Shown: positions 51,597 to 60,947, numbered from the stretch's first letter. The stretch is DNA of 64,000 nt from Candidatus Latescibacterota bacterium (GCA_963422735.1 OY730476.1:576001-640000); one strand, 5' to 3'. Numbers and translations are program-made. Notes: a model not told the origin generated them from the letters alone.

Positions 51597-52357
51597 AGCT
51601 TGGCATGGTGACCTACAACTTGGGACGCGATTGGGATTTAGAGACGCTTATTGCCCATTGCGAAGAAGCTGGTTTTGCTGGAGTAGAGCTGCGAACGACG
51701 CACGCCCACGGGGTCGAAGTGGTGCTCGGTGTAGCTGAGCGAACTGAAGTCAAAAGGCGCTTTGCCGACTCGGTGGTCGAACTGGTAGGTTTGGGCAGTG
51801 CCTTTGAATACGACGCCGTCGATCCACAGGTGCTCCGAAGTCACATCGACGGGACCAAAGAATACGTGCGCTTGGCCCATGATCTCGGGGTCGGCGGAGT
51901 TAAGGTGCGCCCCAATAACGTCCATATAGATGAGGGGATCCCCATCGAGCAGACCTTGGAGCAGATCGGCATCAGCTTGCGCGAGTGCGGCGAATTCGCC
52001 AGCGGTCTAGGGGTGCAGATCCGCTTGGAGGTCCACGGCCGCATGACCTCGGATCCAGCCAATATCCGCAAGATCATCGACTACGCCGACCACGACAATG
52101 TCTTCGTCTGCTGGAACTCCAATGCAACGGACCTAGTCGATGGCTCCATCGACGGCAGTTTCGCTTCTTTGCAGGACGCCATTGCCTTGATCCACATTAC
52201 CGAATTGTGGAACGATTACCCGTGGGAGCGGCTCTTTGCCTTGCTGCGACAGAGCGGGTACGCAGGTTATTGCCTCGCCGAAATCCCCGAGAGCCCAGAG
52301 CCCCTGCGCCTGATGCGCTATTATCGAGCCTTGTGGCAGGCCCTCGCCAAAGGCTAG
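51593..52357 (+). CDS. sugar-phosphate isomerase/epimerase (AP2Ec TIM-barrel)
   Basis: GFAGVELR, LEVHG, VCWNS, IHI, GYAGY..AE. Confidence 0.85.
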   Translation: MKLGMVTYNLGRDWDLETLIAHCEEAGFAGVELRTTHAHGVEVVLGVAERTEVKRRFADSVVELVGLGSAFEYDAVDPQVLRSHIDGTKEYVRLAHDLGVGGVKVRPNNVHIDEGIPIEQTLEQIGISLRECGEFASGLGVQIRLEVHGRMTSDPANIRKIIDYADHDNVFVCWNSNATDLVDGSIDGSFASLQDAIALIHITELWNDYPWERLFALLRQSGYAGYCLAEIPESPEPLRLMRYYRALWQALAKG

Positions 52358-52367
52358 CGAGAAGACG

Positions 52368-53219
52368 ATGTCTGAGATCGCCTATGTCAACGGTCGCTTC
52401 TGTCCACTGGCCGAAGCCGTGGTGTCGGTTGAGGACCGGGGCTATCAGTTCGCCGATGGGGCCTATGAGGTCGTTGGGACCTACGGCGGGTGCCCCTATG
52501 CCTTAGAGCCGCATTTGGTGCGTCTCCAAGGCAACCTAGAAGTGCTGCACTTGCCGTTGGATATTCGCGAGTATGGCCTTAGGGACAAGTTGATGGAGGG
52601 CATTGAGCGGAGCGGTTTTGGCGAGACCTTGGTCTATATCCAAGTCACGCGCGGGGTCGCCCCTAGGCAACACGAGTTTCCCCCTGTCCCGGTGGCCCCT
52701 ACCGTCGTAATGACGTTTAAGGAATTGCGTCGCCTGCCACAGGACCTTTACGACTGCGGCGTCGAGGTTATTAGTACCGCAGACTTGCGCTGGAAGCGCT
52801 GCGATATCAAAAGTATCGCCTTGCTGCCCAACATCTTGGCCAAACAGGCGGCGGCGCAAGTGGGGGCTTTTGAGGCGCTGCTAGTCGATGCGGAAGGACG
52901 AGTCACCGAAGGGGCTTCGACTAGTGCCTTCTGCATACAGGCGGGGCGATTGTACACCGCGCCTATTGGCCCTCATATCCTGCCGAGTATCACTAGGGGA
53001 ATTCTCCTCGACTTGGCCCGCAAGCTCGACATTCCCATCGAAGAAGAGTTTTGTACACGGGCCCAATTTAAGGCCGCCGATGAGGTCTTTCTCGCTGGTA
53101 CTGCTACCGAGGCGATGCCGGTAGTGAAGATTGATGATGCCGTCATCGGCGAGGGTACACCAGGACCAATTACGCGGCAGATCCGCGGCGCATTTCTGGA
53201 GTCGCTATATTCAACCTGA
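52368..53219 (+). CDS. class IV aminotransferase, D-amino-acid aminotransferase-like
   Basis: DRGYQFADGAYE, YIQVTRG, RCDIKS, TEG, ILPSITR, ADEVF. Confidence 0.88.
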   Translation: MSEIAYVNGRFCPLAEAVVSVEDRGYQFADGAYEVVGTYGGCPYALEPHLVRLQGNLEVLHLPLDIREYGLRDKLMEGIERSGFGETLVYIQVTRGVAPRQHEFPPVPVAPTVVMTFKELRRLPQDLYDCGVEVISTADLRWKRCDIKSIALLPNILAKQAAAQVGAFEALLVDAEGRVTEGASTSAFCIQAGRLYTAPIGPHILPSITRGILLDLARKLDIPIEEEFCTRAQFKAADEVFLAGTATEAMPVVKIDDAVIGEGTPGPITRQIRGAFLESLYST

Positions 53220-53257
53220 AAAAAGGGGGACGCGCCAGCCAGCGCGTCCCCCTTTTT
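53220..53257. terminator. bidirectional intrinsic terminator
   Basis: AAAAAGGGGGACGCGC-CAGCCA-GCGCGTCCCCCTTTTT between convergent genes. Confidence 0.85.
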
Positions 53258-53276
53258 GCGTTGTTGCAAGAGGTTT

Positions 53277-54686
53277 TTAATGGATGACGACCATCTTGGT
53301 TTCGGTCATTTCCTCGACTGCGTATCGAGGGCCTTCCTTGCCCATGCCGCTTTCCTTGAGGCCACCATAGGGCATCAAATCTGCCCGCCACTGAGTACCC
53401 CAGTTAATGTGGATGTTGCCCGATTCCACCTGCTGGGCAAACTGGAGGGCCCAGTTGAGGTTCTCGGTGAAAATTGCGGCGCTGAGACCATAGTTGGTGT
53501 CGTTGGCCATGGCGATGGCTTGGTCGATATCGTCGATCCGGCTGACGCCGAGTGCCGGCCCGAAAATCTCGTCGCAGGAGACCTTCATCTCCGGTGCTAC
53601 ATCGGCTAGAATGGTCGGGGCATGCATTGTGCCCTCGCGGGTCCCGCCGGTGACAATGCTAGCTCCAGACCCAACGGCTTCTTGTACCCAAGCCTCGACG
53701 CGCTCGGCGTCTTGGGCGCGGATCATTGGCCCCATCTTGACATCGTCGTCGAGGGGATTGCCGGTCGTTAAGGCTTCGACAGCGGGTTTGAGGGCATCTA
53801 TAAAATCCCCGTACACCTCGCTGCTGGCGAATACTCGCTGAGTCGAGATGCAGACTTGGCCCGCGTTGGCAAAGCCGGTATTGGCGGTGGCGGCGGCGAC
53901 CTTTTCGAGATCGGCGTCCGGCATGACAATCAGCGGGGCATTGGAGCCTAGCTCCATCGTTACTTTCTTCAGGCCGGCGACCTGACAGATGTGTTCGCCG
54001 ACATCGCGGCTGCCGGTAAAGCTGATTTTGCGGACTTTGGGATTGGAACTGATCGCGTCGCCAATGACGCTGCCTGAACCCGTGACGCATTGAATGGCTT
54101 CTTCCGGCAGGCCCGCGTCGAGAAAAATCTCGGTTAGTTTGAGTGCCGAAAGCGGGGTGTCGCTGGCGGGCTTGACGACAATTGCGTTGCCAGCGGCCAG
54201 TGCAGGGCCGACCTTATGGCAGACGAGGTTGAGGGGGAAGTTAAAGGGCGTAATGGCGGCCACCACGCCACAGGGGACCCGCAGCGTAAAGCCGAATCTA
54301 CCCGCCCCATTAGAGGCCCCGCTCAGGTCGATCGTTTCGCCAGTTAGGCGCTTAGCTTCCTCGGCTGACAGGACGATGGTCTCTTGGGCACGGGACGCCT
54401 CACCCATGCCCTCGGCGAGGATCTTGCCCTCTTCGAGGGTAATCGTGCGCCCCAAGTCGTCGAGCCGTTCTAACATTATATCTGCCGCTCGATGGATGAT
54501 CTGGTAGCGCTCATAGGCACTCATTGTGGCCATGACCTTGGCACCGCGCTCGGCCGAGTCAATGGCGCGGTCGATGTCTGCGGCATCGCCCCTTGGGACG
54601 GCGTCAATGACCGAGCCGTTATAAGGGTTGACGATGTCCATGGTCTCGGCTTTGTCAACCCATTCTCCGGCGATGTACATCTTCAT
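53277..54686 (-). CDS. NAD(P)-dependent aldehyde dehydrogenase
   Basis: ITPFNFP, KPA, FTGS, MELG, AGQVCIS, EIFGP, PYGGLKESG. Confidence 0.93.
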   Translation of the reverse strand: MKMYIAGEWVDKAETMDIVNPYNGSVIDAVPRGDAADIDRAIDSAERGAKVMATMSAYERYQIIHRAADIMLERLDDLGRTITLEEGKILAEGMGEASRAQETIVLSAEEAKRLTGETIDLSGASNGAGRFGFTLRVPCGVVAAITPFNFPLNLVCHKVGPALAAGNAIVVKPASDTPLSALKLTEIFLDAGLPEEAIQCVTGSGSVIGDAISSNPKVRKISFTGSRDVGEHICQVAGLKKVTMELGSNAPLIVMPDADLEKVAAATANTGFANAGQVCISTQRVFASSEVYGDFIDALKPAVEALTTGNPLDDDVKMGPMIRAQDAERVEAWVQEAVGSGASIVTGGTREGTMHAPTILADVAPEMKVSCDEIFGPALGVSRIDDIDQAIAMANDTNYGLSAAIFTENLNWALQFAQQVESGNIHINWGTQWRADLMPYGGLKESGMGKEGPRYAVEEMTETKMVVIH

Positions 54687-54764
54687 GGTCAAATTCCTTT
54701 TTAAGGTGGTGGTAAGCAGTCAACAAGTTAAACGTACGCTTCTACCTGTCAAGCGAGTTTAGGA

Positions 54765-56207
54765 TTAAATGCCCAAGCGGTTTTTATAGGGCAGAGGGCG
54801 TCCCTCGGCATCGAGTAAGGGCTGCGGCGGAGCTTTCTGTTGGGTTAGTAAGCTGACGATTACTAAGGCGAAGGCGGAAAAAGGCACAGCCAAAAGGTCG
54901 GCCGGCAAATCCGCGGGAAGCATCCTCAGTACCTGCCAAGCGCACAGGCCGACCCCTATGGAAGCTAAGGCCCCGGGGCCGTTGCTTTTGGGCCACCACA
55001 ACCCAGCGGTTAGCGGGACGAACAGCGATGCGAGGAGCACGGACCAAGAGTTGACCATCAAGCCGTAAACCGAAGCGGTCCGGAGAGCCAACAGTAGAGA
55101 TACCACACCCAAGAGGAGGACGGACAAGCGCGTCAGGCGCAGAGACGACCGTTCTTCGGCATCGGGTTTGAAGTAGCGAAGGAGATCCCAGCCAATGACG
55201 CTCGCTGGAGCGAGGAGAGCACTATCGGCACTGGACAGGAGGGCCGAGACGAGGGCACCCATAAAGAGGATCAAGGCCAGATCGGGGAGGTACTCTAGTG
55301 CGAGGGCCATCATAACCAGGTCGGGGTCGGCCAAATCCGGGAGAATGACTGCACCTGCCATGCCGAGAAAAACGGGCAACAGCCCGACCGTGATATAAAG
55401 CAGACCAGCAAGATAAGCGCTGCGATAAGCCACCTTTTCGTCGCGGCTGGATAGACTGCGCTGGATTAGGTCTTGGCCCGCTAGGTTGCCGAGGCCGATG
55501 ACCAGCCAGTCGCGCGTATAGGCCAACCAACTGGCTGTGTCGCCGCGAGGATAGAAATCGAAGCGGGAGGCCGGGATTTGGGCGACGAGGGTCTTCCAGC
55601 CGCCCATGTCACCGAGGAGGATCGGTGTCAAAATGAACAGCCCGAGCACGAGGACGGTCACTTGGACGAAGTCGGTTAGCGTGACGGCCCACATGCCGCC
55701 GGCCCAAGTGTAGATTAGCACGATGACTGCGGCTGCGCAGATGCCGAGAGCGGGATCGATGCCGGTCAGGCTCTGCAGGATCCGCCCAAAGGCCACCAAG
55801 AGAGAACCGGTCCAGCCGACATAGGCGGGAATGGTGCAAAGACTGGCCAGCAGGCCCGCCTGCGGGCCGAAGCGGCGGCTAAAAAAGGATGCGATCGTCA
55901 TCAAGCCCATGCGCCGCATTAGCCGGACGTAAAAGAGGCCAGCGATAAATAGGCACAAAGCCGCGCCAAAAGGGTCGGCAACGACCGCGAGGATGCCCCC
56001 TTTGTATGCAGCACTCGCAGCGCCAATGCAGATTCCACCGCCAAACCACGTCGCAGCAAGAGTTGCGGTACAGAGCAACAGAGGCAGACGTTGGCCGGCG
56101 ACGATGAAGTCAGTCGGGCCGTGGACGCGGCGACCAGCGTATAAGCCAACGCCGAGCATCACCGCGAGATAGACAACCAAGCCGATCAAGACCAATGGAT
56201 TGGCCAT
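54765..56207 (-). CDS. sodium:solute symporter family protein
   Basis: FIVAG, ATWFGG, YTWAGGMWAVTLTDFVQ, QDLIQR, SALLSSADS. Confidence 0.9.
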   Translation of the reverse strand: MANPLVLIGLVVYLAVMLGVGLYAGRRVHGPTDFIVAGQRLPLLLCTATLAATWFGGGICIGAASAAYKGGILAVVADPFGAALCLFIAGLFYVRLMRRMGLMTIASFFSRRFGPQAGLLASLCTIPAYVGWTGSLLVAFGRILQSLTGIDPALGICAAAVIVLIYTWAGGMWAVTLTDFVQVTVLVLGLFILTPILLGDMGGWKTLVAQIPASRFDFYPRGDTASWLAYTRDWLVIGLGNLAGQDLIQRSLSSRDEKVAYRSAYLAGLLYITVGLLPVFLGMAGAVILPDLADPDLVMMALALEYLPDLALILFMGALVSALLSSADSALLAPASVIGWDLLRYFKPDAEERSSLRLTRLSVLLLGVVSLLLALRTASVYGLMVNSWSVLLASLFVPLTAGLWWPKSNGPGALASIGVGLCAWQVLRMLPADLPADLLAVPFSAFALVIVSLLTQQKAPPQPLLDAEGRPLPYKNRLGI

Positions 56208-56255
56208 GGCAAAATCCTTTTCGAAGATTTGTTATAATAACTAAAGGAGTAAAAA

Positions 56256-56291
56256 TGGCCAATGGCGCCAGCCAAGTGGCGAATCTGGCCA
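56256..56291 (+). promoter_or_regulatory. tandem palindromic upstream activator sites
   Basis: TGGCCAATGGCGCCA (56256-70) and TGGCGAATCTGGCCA (56277-91): both TGGC-N7-GCCA, 21 bp apart, about 80-110 bp upstream of the -24 box. Confidence 0.6.
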
Positions 56292-56367
56292 TTAACAAGT
56301 AATAATTCGATCTATGTTTTTTCTATAATAAATTGGGCTGTAATAAATTATGGGTGTGCTAGTGCTT

Positions 56368-56384
56368 TTGGCACGGCCCTTGCA
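56368..56384 (+). promoter_or_regulatory. sigma54 (-24/-12) promoter of pspA
   Basis: TTGGCACGGCCCTTGCA, a match to TGGCAC-N5-TTGCW, preceded by an AT-rich tract. Confidence 0.88.
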
Positions 56385-56434
56385 AGGATAGGTACAGCGC
56401 ATGATAAACTCCACTCAATCAAGGAAGGTGTACA

Positions 56435-57109
56435 ATGGCTAAGGGAGCCTTCGCGAGGATAAGCGATATCCTCAAGTCCAATATCAACGAGATGCTCGAC
56501 CGGGCCGAAGAGCCGGATAAGATGATCCGCCAGATGGTGCGGGACATGGAAGAGGCGGTCGGCAAGGCCACCGCTTCGGTAGGGACCGCTGTGGCCAACC
56601 ACAAGCGGCTCGAACGCCAGTTCAACGACAAGCAAAGCCAGGTCGCCGAATGGCAGCGCAAGGCTGAACGGGCGGTGGAAGCAGGCGAGGATGCGCTGGC
56701 GCGACGTGCGCTGGAGCGCAAGGCAGTTTTTGCCAAAGCTGCTGAGAATCTGGCTCCGGCTCTGGAGGAGAGTCGGCAGACGGCCGAGCAATTGCGCGAG
56801 CAGCTACGCGAGCTAAAGACCAAGCTCGAAGAAGCGCGGACCCGACAGGGCACGTTGATCGCTCGCCACCAAGCTGCCCAAGCCCGCAAGCGTCTAGCCC
56901 AAAGCATTTCCGGGTTGGGTCAGGATGCCTTTTCCAGCTTTGAACGCTTTGAGCAGAAAGTCGAAGAGAGCGAGGCAGAGGCTGCCGCGCACGTGGAGAT
57001 CTCGGGCGAGATGGAAGACGTTGAGAAAGAGATCCGCCAAATCGAAGTCGATCACAGTGTTGACGACGAATTGAAGGCCCTAAAGGACAAGATGAAGAAA
57101 GATAAGTAG
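56435..57109 (+). CDS. pspA: PspA/IM30 family protein
   Basis: FARISDILKSNINEMLDRAEEPDKMIRQ, G.DALARRAL.RK, FERFEQKV, VDDEL.ALK. Confidence 0.93.
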   Translation: MAKGAFARISDILKSNINEMLDRAEEPDKMIRQMVRDMEEAVGKATASVGTAVANHKRLERQFNDKQSQVAEWQRKAERAVEAGEDALARRALERKAVFAKAAENLAPALEESRQTAEQLREQLRELKTKLEEARTRQGTLIARHQAAQARKRLAQSISGLGQDAFSSFERFEQKVEESEAEAAAHVEISGEMEDVEKEIRQIEVDHSVDDELKALKDKMKKDK

Positions 57110-57163
57110 CGCAATGGCCCGCAGCATGTTGTGCGGTCTTTTGAATTAGGAGAACTAACGGAT

Positions 57164-57682
57164 ATGAAGATGAGATCGCCTAACGCGACAAAAAGCGAGG
57201 TGAGAAGTGCTATGGAAGGGGGATTCAAGCGCCTAGGTGCTCTTTTTCTCAAGGTAATGGCCGTGCCGCTGGTGCCGCTGGGGCTGGGGTTTATGCTCTA
57301 CGGACTTTTTCAGATCCTCCATGCCGATGGTCCAGAGTCCCATTTCGAGTTTTTTGCCATTGGCGTCACCCAGACCATTTTTGGCAGCTTGCTCTGGATA
57401 CTGGCCAAAAAGCTCGATGCGGCCGCGCACTTGGTCCGCTACCGACGTCAACAAAACCGCGTGGTGCGTCTGGCCCAGAAGAGGAATGGCCGCCTGACGG
57501 TGACCGAAACGGCCGCGGAAACCGAGCTGACGGTCGAGGAGGCTGCAGAGATCCTCAAGCGCTTGGCCGATGGGGGATTCGTCGAGGTCGAAATAACCGA
57601 TTCTGGCTTGATCGTCTATCGCTTTCCAGAAGTGCTTTTCGCGCACGAGAAACACTGGAGCCGAGGCGTCGAAAGTGCCTGA
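57164..57682 (+). CDS. two-TM protein with C-terminal winged-helix-like domain
   Basis: Two hydrophobic helices, then LAQKRNGRLTVTETAAETELTVEEAAEILKRL...VEITDSGLIVYRFPE. Confidence 0.75.
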   Translation: MKMRSPNATKSEVRSAMEGGFKRLGALFLKVMAVPLVPLGLGFMLYGLFQILHADGPESHFEFFAIGVTQTIFGSLLWILAKKLDAAAHLVRYRRQQNRVVRLAQKRNGRLTVTETAAETELTVEEAAEILKRLADGGFVEVEITDSGLIVYRFPEVLFAHEKHWSRGVESA

Positions 57683-57783
57683 TACAAATAGGCAAAGGCG
57701 GGATCAAGTGAACTGCTTTTGCCGCAATTCAATAGCACACGCTCACGGCCGGCGTGTGCGTGGCTCAGACCGGGAGGGAGCAA

Positions 57784-58056
57784 ATGAATGGATTTTTGCA
57801 GCTTGCCATTGGTGTCTGCTTCATCATCTTGAGCAGCGGATTGGTCAGTTGGGGCAACAAGTATTACGCGAGCCGCAGGGGACGAGACAAAAAAGCCAAA
57901 CAGGAAGAGAATCGGATCGTCAAGCGGCTAGAGCGAGTTGAGCAGCGGCTGACCGAGGTGCAGGACGTGATGATCGCCCTCAGCGAAAAAATCGACTACA
58001 TGGATGAGGTGGGGGCTAAAACTCGGGAACGCCAAGAACAACGAGAGCAAGGCTAG
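57784..58056 (+). CDS. single-TM coiled-coil protein, PspB-like
   Basis: GGAGGGAG RBS; N-terminal TM, then KRLERVEQRLTEVQDVMIAL heptads. Confidence 0.65.
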   Translation: MNGFLQLAIGVCFIILSSGLVSWGNKYYASRRGRDKKAKQEENRIVKRLERVEQRLTEVQDVMIALSEKIDYMDEVGAKTRERQEQREQG

Positions 58057-58059
58057 GCT

Positions 58060-59415
58060 GTGAGTTGGCTCGACCGCGCTGTAGAGGCCTGTGAAGATGC
58101 GCGTTGGGCCGAGGCTCTAGAGTGGTGCGAGCGTGGCCTAGCGCAGGTGCCCGACGACTTGGAGCTTCAGCATCGCAAAGGGTTTTGTCTCTTGGAACTG
58201 GGGGACGAGCAAGCGGCCATTGCCGCGCTGGAAGCGGCAGCGACGAGTGGGCATCTAGCAAGCCACTACCAGCTCGGCTTGCTCGCAATGCGCCAAGGAC
58301 GGAGGAACGCCCGGTTCCGCGAGCGGTCGCTGGCACACTTTGAGGCCATCGTGCGGGCGGGCGAGGAAGGGCGCGAATACCCAGCCCTCGACCGCGTCTT
58401 TTTCGCTCTTGGCAGCCAGTACAACGAAGATCCGCAGCGGCGTGGAGAAGCCATCCGCGCGTTCCGCCAAGGGCTGGCGCTCAACCCGCTTTCCGCGGTT
58501 GGCCACAACAGCTTGGGCCAACTCTTGCTGCAAGGCGGCCAGGTGTTGGGAGCGATGGGGGAATTTAAGGTCGCCATCCAGCTCGACCCCAAGCTCGGTC
58601 AGCCATACGCGAATTTGGCCCGTTTGTTTTTTCGCCACGTAAAACCCCCTGAATTAGAACAAGAATACCAGCATATCTGCGAGGAGTTCGAGCAAAGCGC
58701 TCCACAGGTCCTCGCGCGTTTGTCGCTGGAAATGGTCGAACTGGGAAAGGAGCAGGTGTACGAGGGGTTTTACACGAAGGGACATCGCATCAAAAACCTG
58801 ATGGGGATCATCGGCAGCCGCTTGCGGGGGCTAGGACGCAAGGCCGAAGAGGCACAGCGGGGGGAATTGAATCGCTTAGGGGGCGAATACGAGGCATTGT
58901 ACGACGAATGGGTGGGGTTCTTGGAGGCGATGAAAATGGAAAAAATCCACCCGGCAGTGATCGATCTCGGGCGCTTGGTGCGCCGGGTGGCCGCCGGGTT
59001 TGGTCGCCAAACTTGGAAATCCGCGATCCAGACGCGGGTCCAAGAGGGCTTGCCGCGCGTAGAGGCCGACGAGCGGATGCTGCGCGAGGCCATTACTAAC
59101 CTCTGCCTCAACGCCTTGGAAATCCTCGAAGAAGGCTGCGGCGGCCAAGTGGTGTTGGGCACTGGCTACGACGGAGATCAATCGCTGGTCTTTATTGAGG
59201 TTGAGGACGATGGGCCAGGCATTGAGGAAGAGCATTTGGAATTGATATTCGAGCCTGGATTTACCACTAGGGAGCGGGGCAATGGCTATGGCTTGAGCAT
59301 TGCGCGCCGCATTGCCCAAGCCCATCAGGGCGTGTTGCGCGTCAAGAGCAGGAAGGGACATGGAACCGTTTTTCGGCTCGATCTGCCGCTCAACTTCGCG
59401 GGCGGCGAGACCTAG
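58060..59415 (+). CDS. soluble TPR-domain histidine kinase
   Basis: N-terminal TPRs and no TM; H-box GHRIKN, N-box TNLCLNA, EDDGPGI, IFEPGFTT, GNGYGL. Confidence 0.88.
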   Translation: MSWLDRAVEACEDARWAEALEWCERGLAQVPDDLELQHRKGFCLLELGDEQAAIAALEAAATSGHLASHYQLGLLAMRQGRRNARFRERSLAHFEAIVRAGEEGREYPALDRVFFALGSQYNEDPQRRGEAIRAFRQGLALNPLSAVGHNSLGQLLLQGGQVLGAMGEFKVAIQLDPKLGQPYANLARLFFRHVKPPELEQEYQHICEEFEQSAPQVLARLSLEMVELGKEQVYEGFYTKGHRIKNLMGIIGSRLRGLGRKAEEAQRGELNRLGGEYEALYDEWVGFLEAMKMEKIHPAVIDLGRLVRRVAAGFGRQTWKSAIQTRVQEGLPRVEADERMLREAITNLCLNALEILEEGCGGQVVLGTGYDGDQSLVFIEVEDDGPGIEEEHLELIFEPGFTTRERGNGYGLSIARRIAQAHQGVLRVKSRKGHGTVFRLDLPLNFAGGET

Positions 59416-59436
59416 CCTTTCAGTGGTTGAACGAGG

Positions 59437-60861
59437 ATGGGCATGGCAAGCAAAAAACAGAAAGCCGTCTTAATCGCCGATGACCAACGGGAATTGCGCG
59501 AGATGTTGGCGGAGAAACTGTGCAGTTTGGGCAAGGAGGTCATCTCGTTTTCCAATGGTCAGCGGTTGCTCGGGCATCTGGCTGCTAGGCCAACGGATGT
59601 CGAACTCGTGGTGCTGGATTTGGACTTTGGCGTTGGCCAGCCCAATGGCCTCGAAGTGCTGAAAGAAATCAAAAAGTGCTGGGCCGATCTGCCGGTCATT
59701 ATTCTCACGGGCAAGGGGAGTGTTGACTTGGCGGTCGAAGCTGTGCAGGCCGGGGCTGCGGACTTTATTGAGAAGGACTTGTACGTCGAGGACAAGCTCG
59801 AAGTGGAAATGGAAAAGGTCGAGCGGATGTTGGCGGTCTTGCGCGAAAATGCCCGCCTCAAGGCAGAGAACGAAGCCCTCGACCGCGACAACACCTTTTA
59901 CCGGACCCAGCTAGGCCAGCGCTATCAGATCGTCAGTCGCAGTCCCCAAATTCAGGGCCTGCTAAAGCAAGTTGAACAAATCGCCTCCATACCGAGGCCC
60001 GTGCTGATCTGCGGCGAGCGCGGTACTGGCAAGGAGTTGATCGCCGCCGCCTTGCACTACGGGAGCAATCGCCGCGAGCGGGCCTTTGTCAAGACGAACT
60101 GCGCGGCGCTGTCGGATACTCTGCTCGAAAGCGAGCTGTTCGGCCATGAGAAGGGAGCCTTTACGGGCGCGGCCGAAATGCGCTACGGCCGCTTTGAAGC
60201 CGCCGATGGCGGTACGCTTTTTCTCGACGAAATCGGGAACACGTCGCTGGACTTTCAAAAAAATGTATTGCGCGTTATAGAATACCAAGAGTTTGAACGC
60301 ACGGGTGGGACGCAGACGATCCACGTTGACGTTCGCGTCGTGGCGGCGACCAATGCGGATCTGGAGCGGGAAATAGCCAGCGGGCAATTCCGCGCCGATC
60401 TCTACGACCGCCTGCGGTTTAGCGTGCTCCAGCTACCGCCCTTACGGGAGCGGCTCGAGGACATCCAGCCCTTGGTTACTTACTTTGCTCAGCAGCTATG
60501 CGACGAAGTGCCTGCGATTGAAAGACGCCCCTTTGCCGAAGGCATTTTGGCCACGTTAGAGACCTATGCTTGGCCGGGCAATGTGCGCGAACTCAAATTC
60601 GCCGTCGAGCGCGCGCTCTGCGTCGCGCAAGGGGATGCAGTGGTCGTGGAGGACTTGCCCCCAGAAGTGCGCGGCGGCAGTGGCGTTGCCCTTCCTGAAG
60701 GCGGCAGTTTCGACGAGCAAGTCGCGCGTGTTGAACGGGGCTTACTCGACGGCGCGCTAGCGCAGATGGGAGGGCGGCAGAAAGACGCGGCACAGCAATT
60801 GGGCTTGACCTACGATCGCTTTCGGCACTTGCTCCGCAAATACCAAATCACCGCCAAATGA
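59437..60861 (+). CDS. sigma54-dependent response regulator (REC-AAA+-HTH), PspF-like
   Basis: IADD, LDL, K receiver motifs; GERGTGKELIA, GAFTGA, LRVIEY, RADLYDRL, LGLTYDRFRHLLRKYQI. Confidence 0.92.
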   Translation: MGMASKKQKAVLIADDQRELREMLAEKLCSLGKEVISFSNGQRLLGHLAARPTDVELVVLDLDFGVGQPNGLEVLKEIKKCWADLPVIILTGKGSVDLAVEAVQAGAADFIEKDLYVEDKLEVEMEKVERMLAVLRENARLKAENEALDRDNTFYRTQLGQRYQIVSRSPQIQGLLKQVEQIASIPRPVLICGERGTGKELIAAALHYGSNRRERAFVKTNCAALSDTLLESELFGHEKGAFTGAAEMRYGRFEAADGGTLFLDEIGNTSLDFQKNVLRVIEYQEFERTGGTQTIHVDVRVVAATNADLEREIASGQFRADLYDRLRFSVLQLPPLRERLEDIQPLVTYFAQQLCDEVPAIERRPFAEGILATLETYAWPGNVRELKFAVERALCVAQGDAVVVEDLPPEVRGGSGVALPEGGSFDEQVARVERGLLDGALAQMGGRQKDAAQQLGLTYDRFRHLLRKYQITAK

Positions 60862-60889
60862 CCGACCGCGTCCTTCGGGCCGAGTCTTG

Positions 60890-60917
60890 TTGACAGTGGG
60901 AACGCGCCGGGTATATT
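60890..60917 (+). promoter_or_regulatory. sigma70 promoter
   Basis: TTGACA-16-TATATT. Confidence 0.55.
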
Positions 60918-60947
60918 AACCGAGGCTCCCACACGGGCGAGAGGCGC

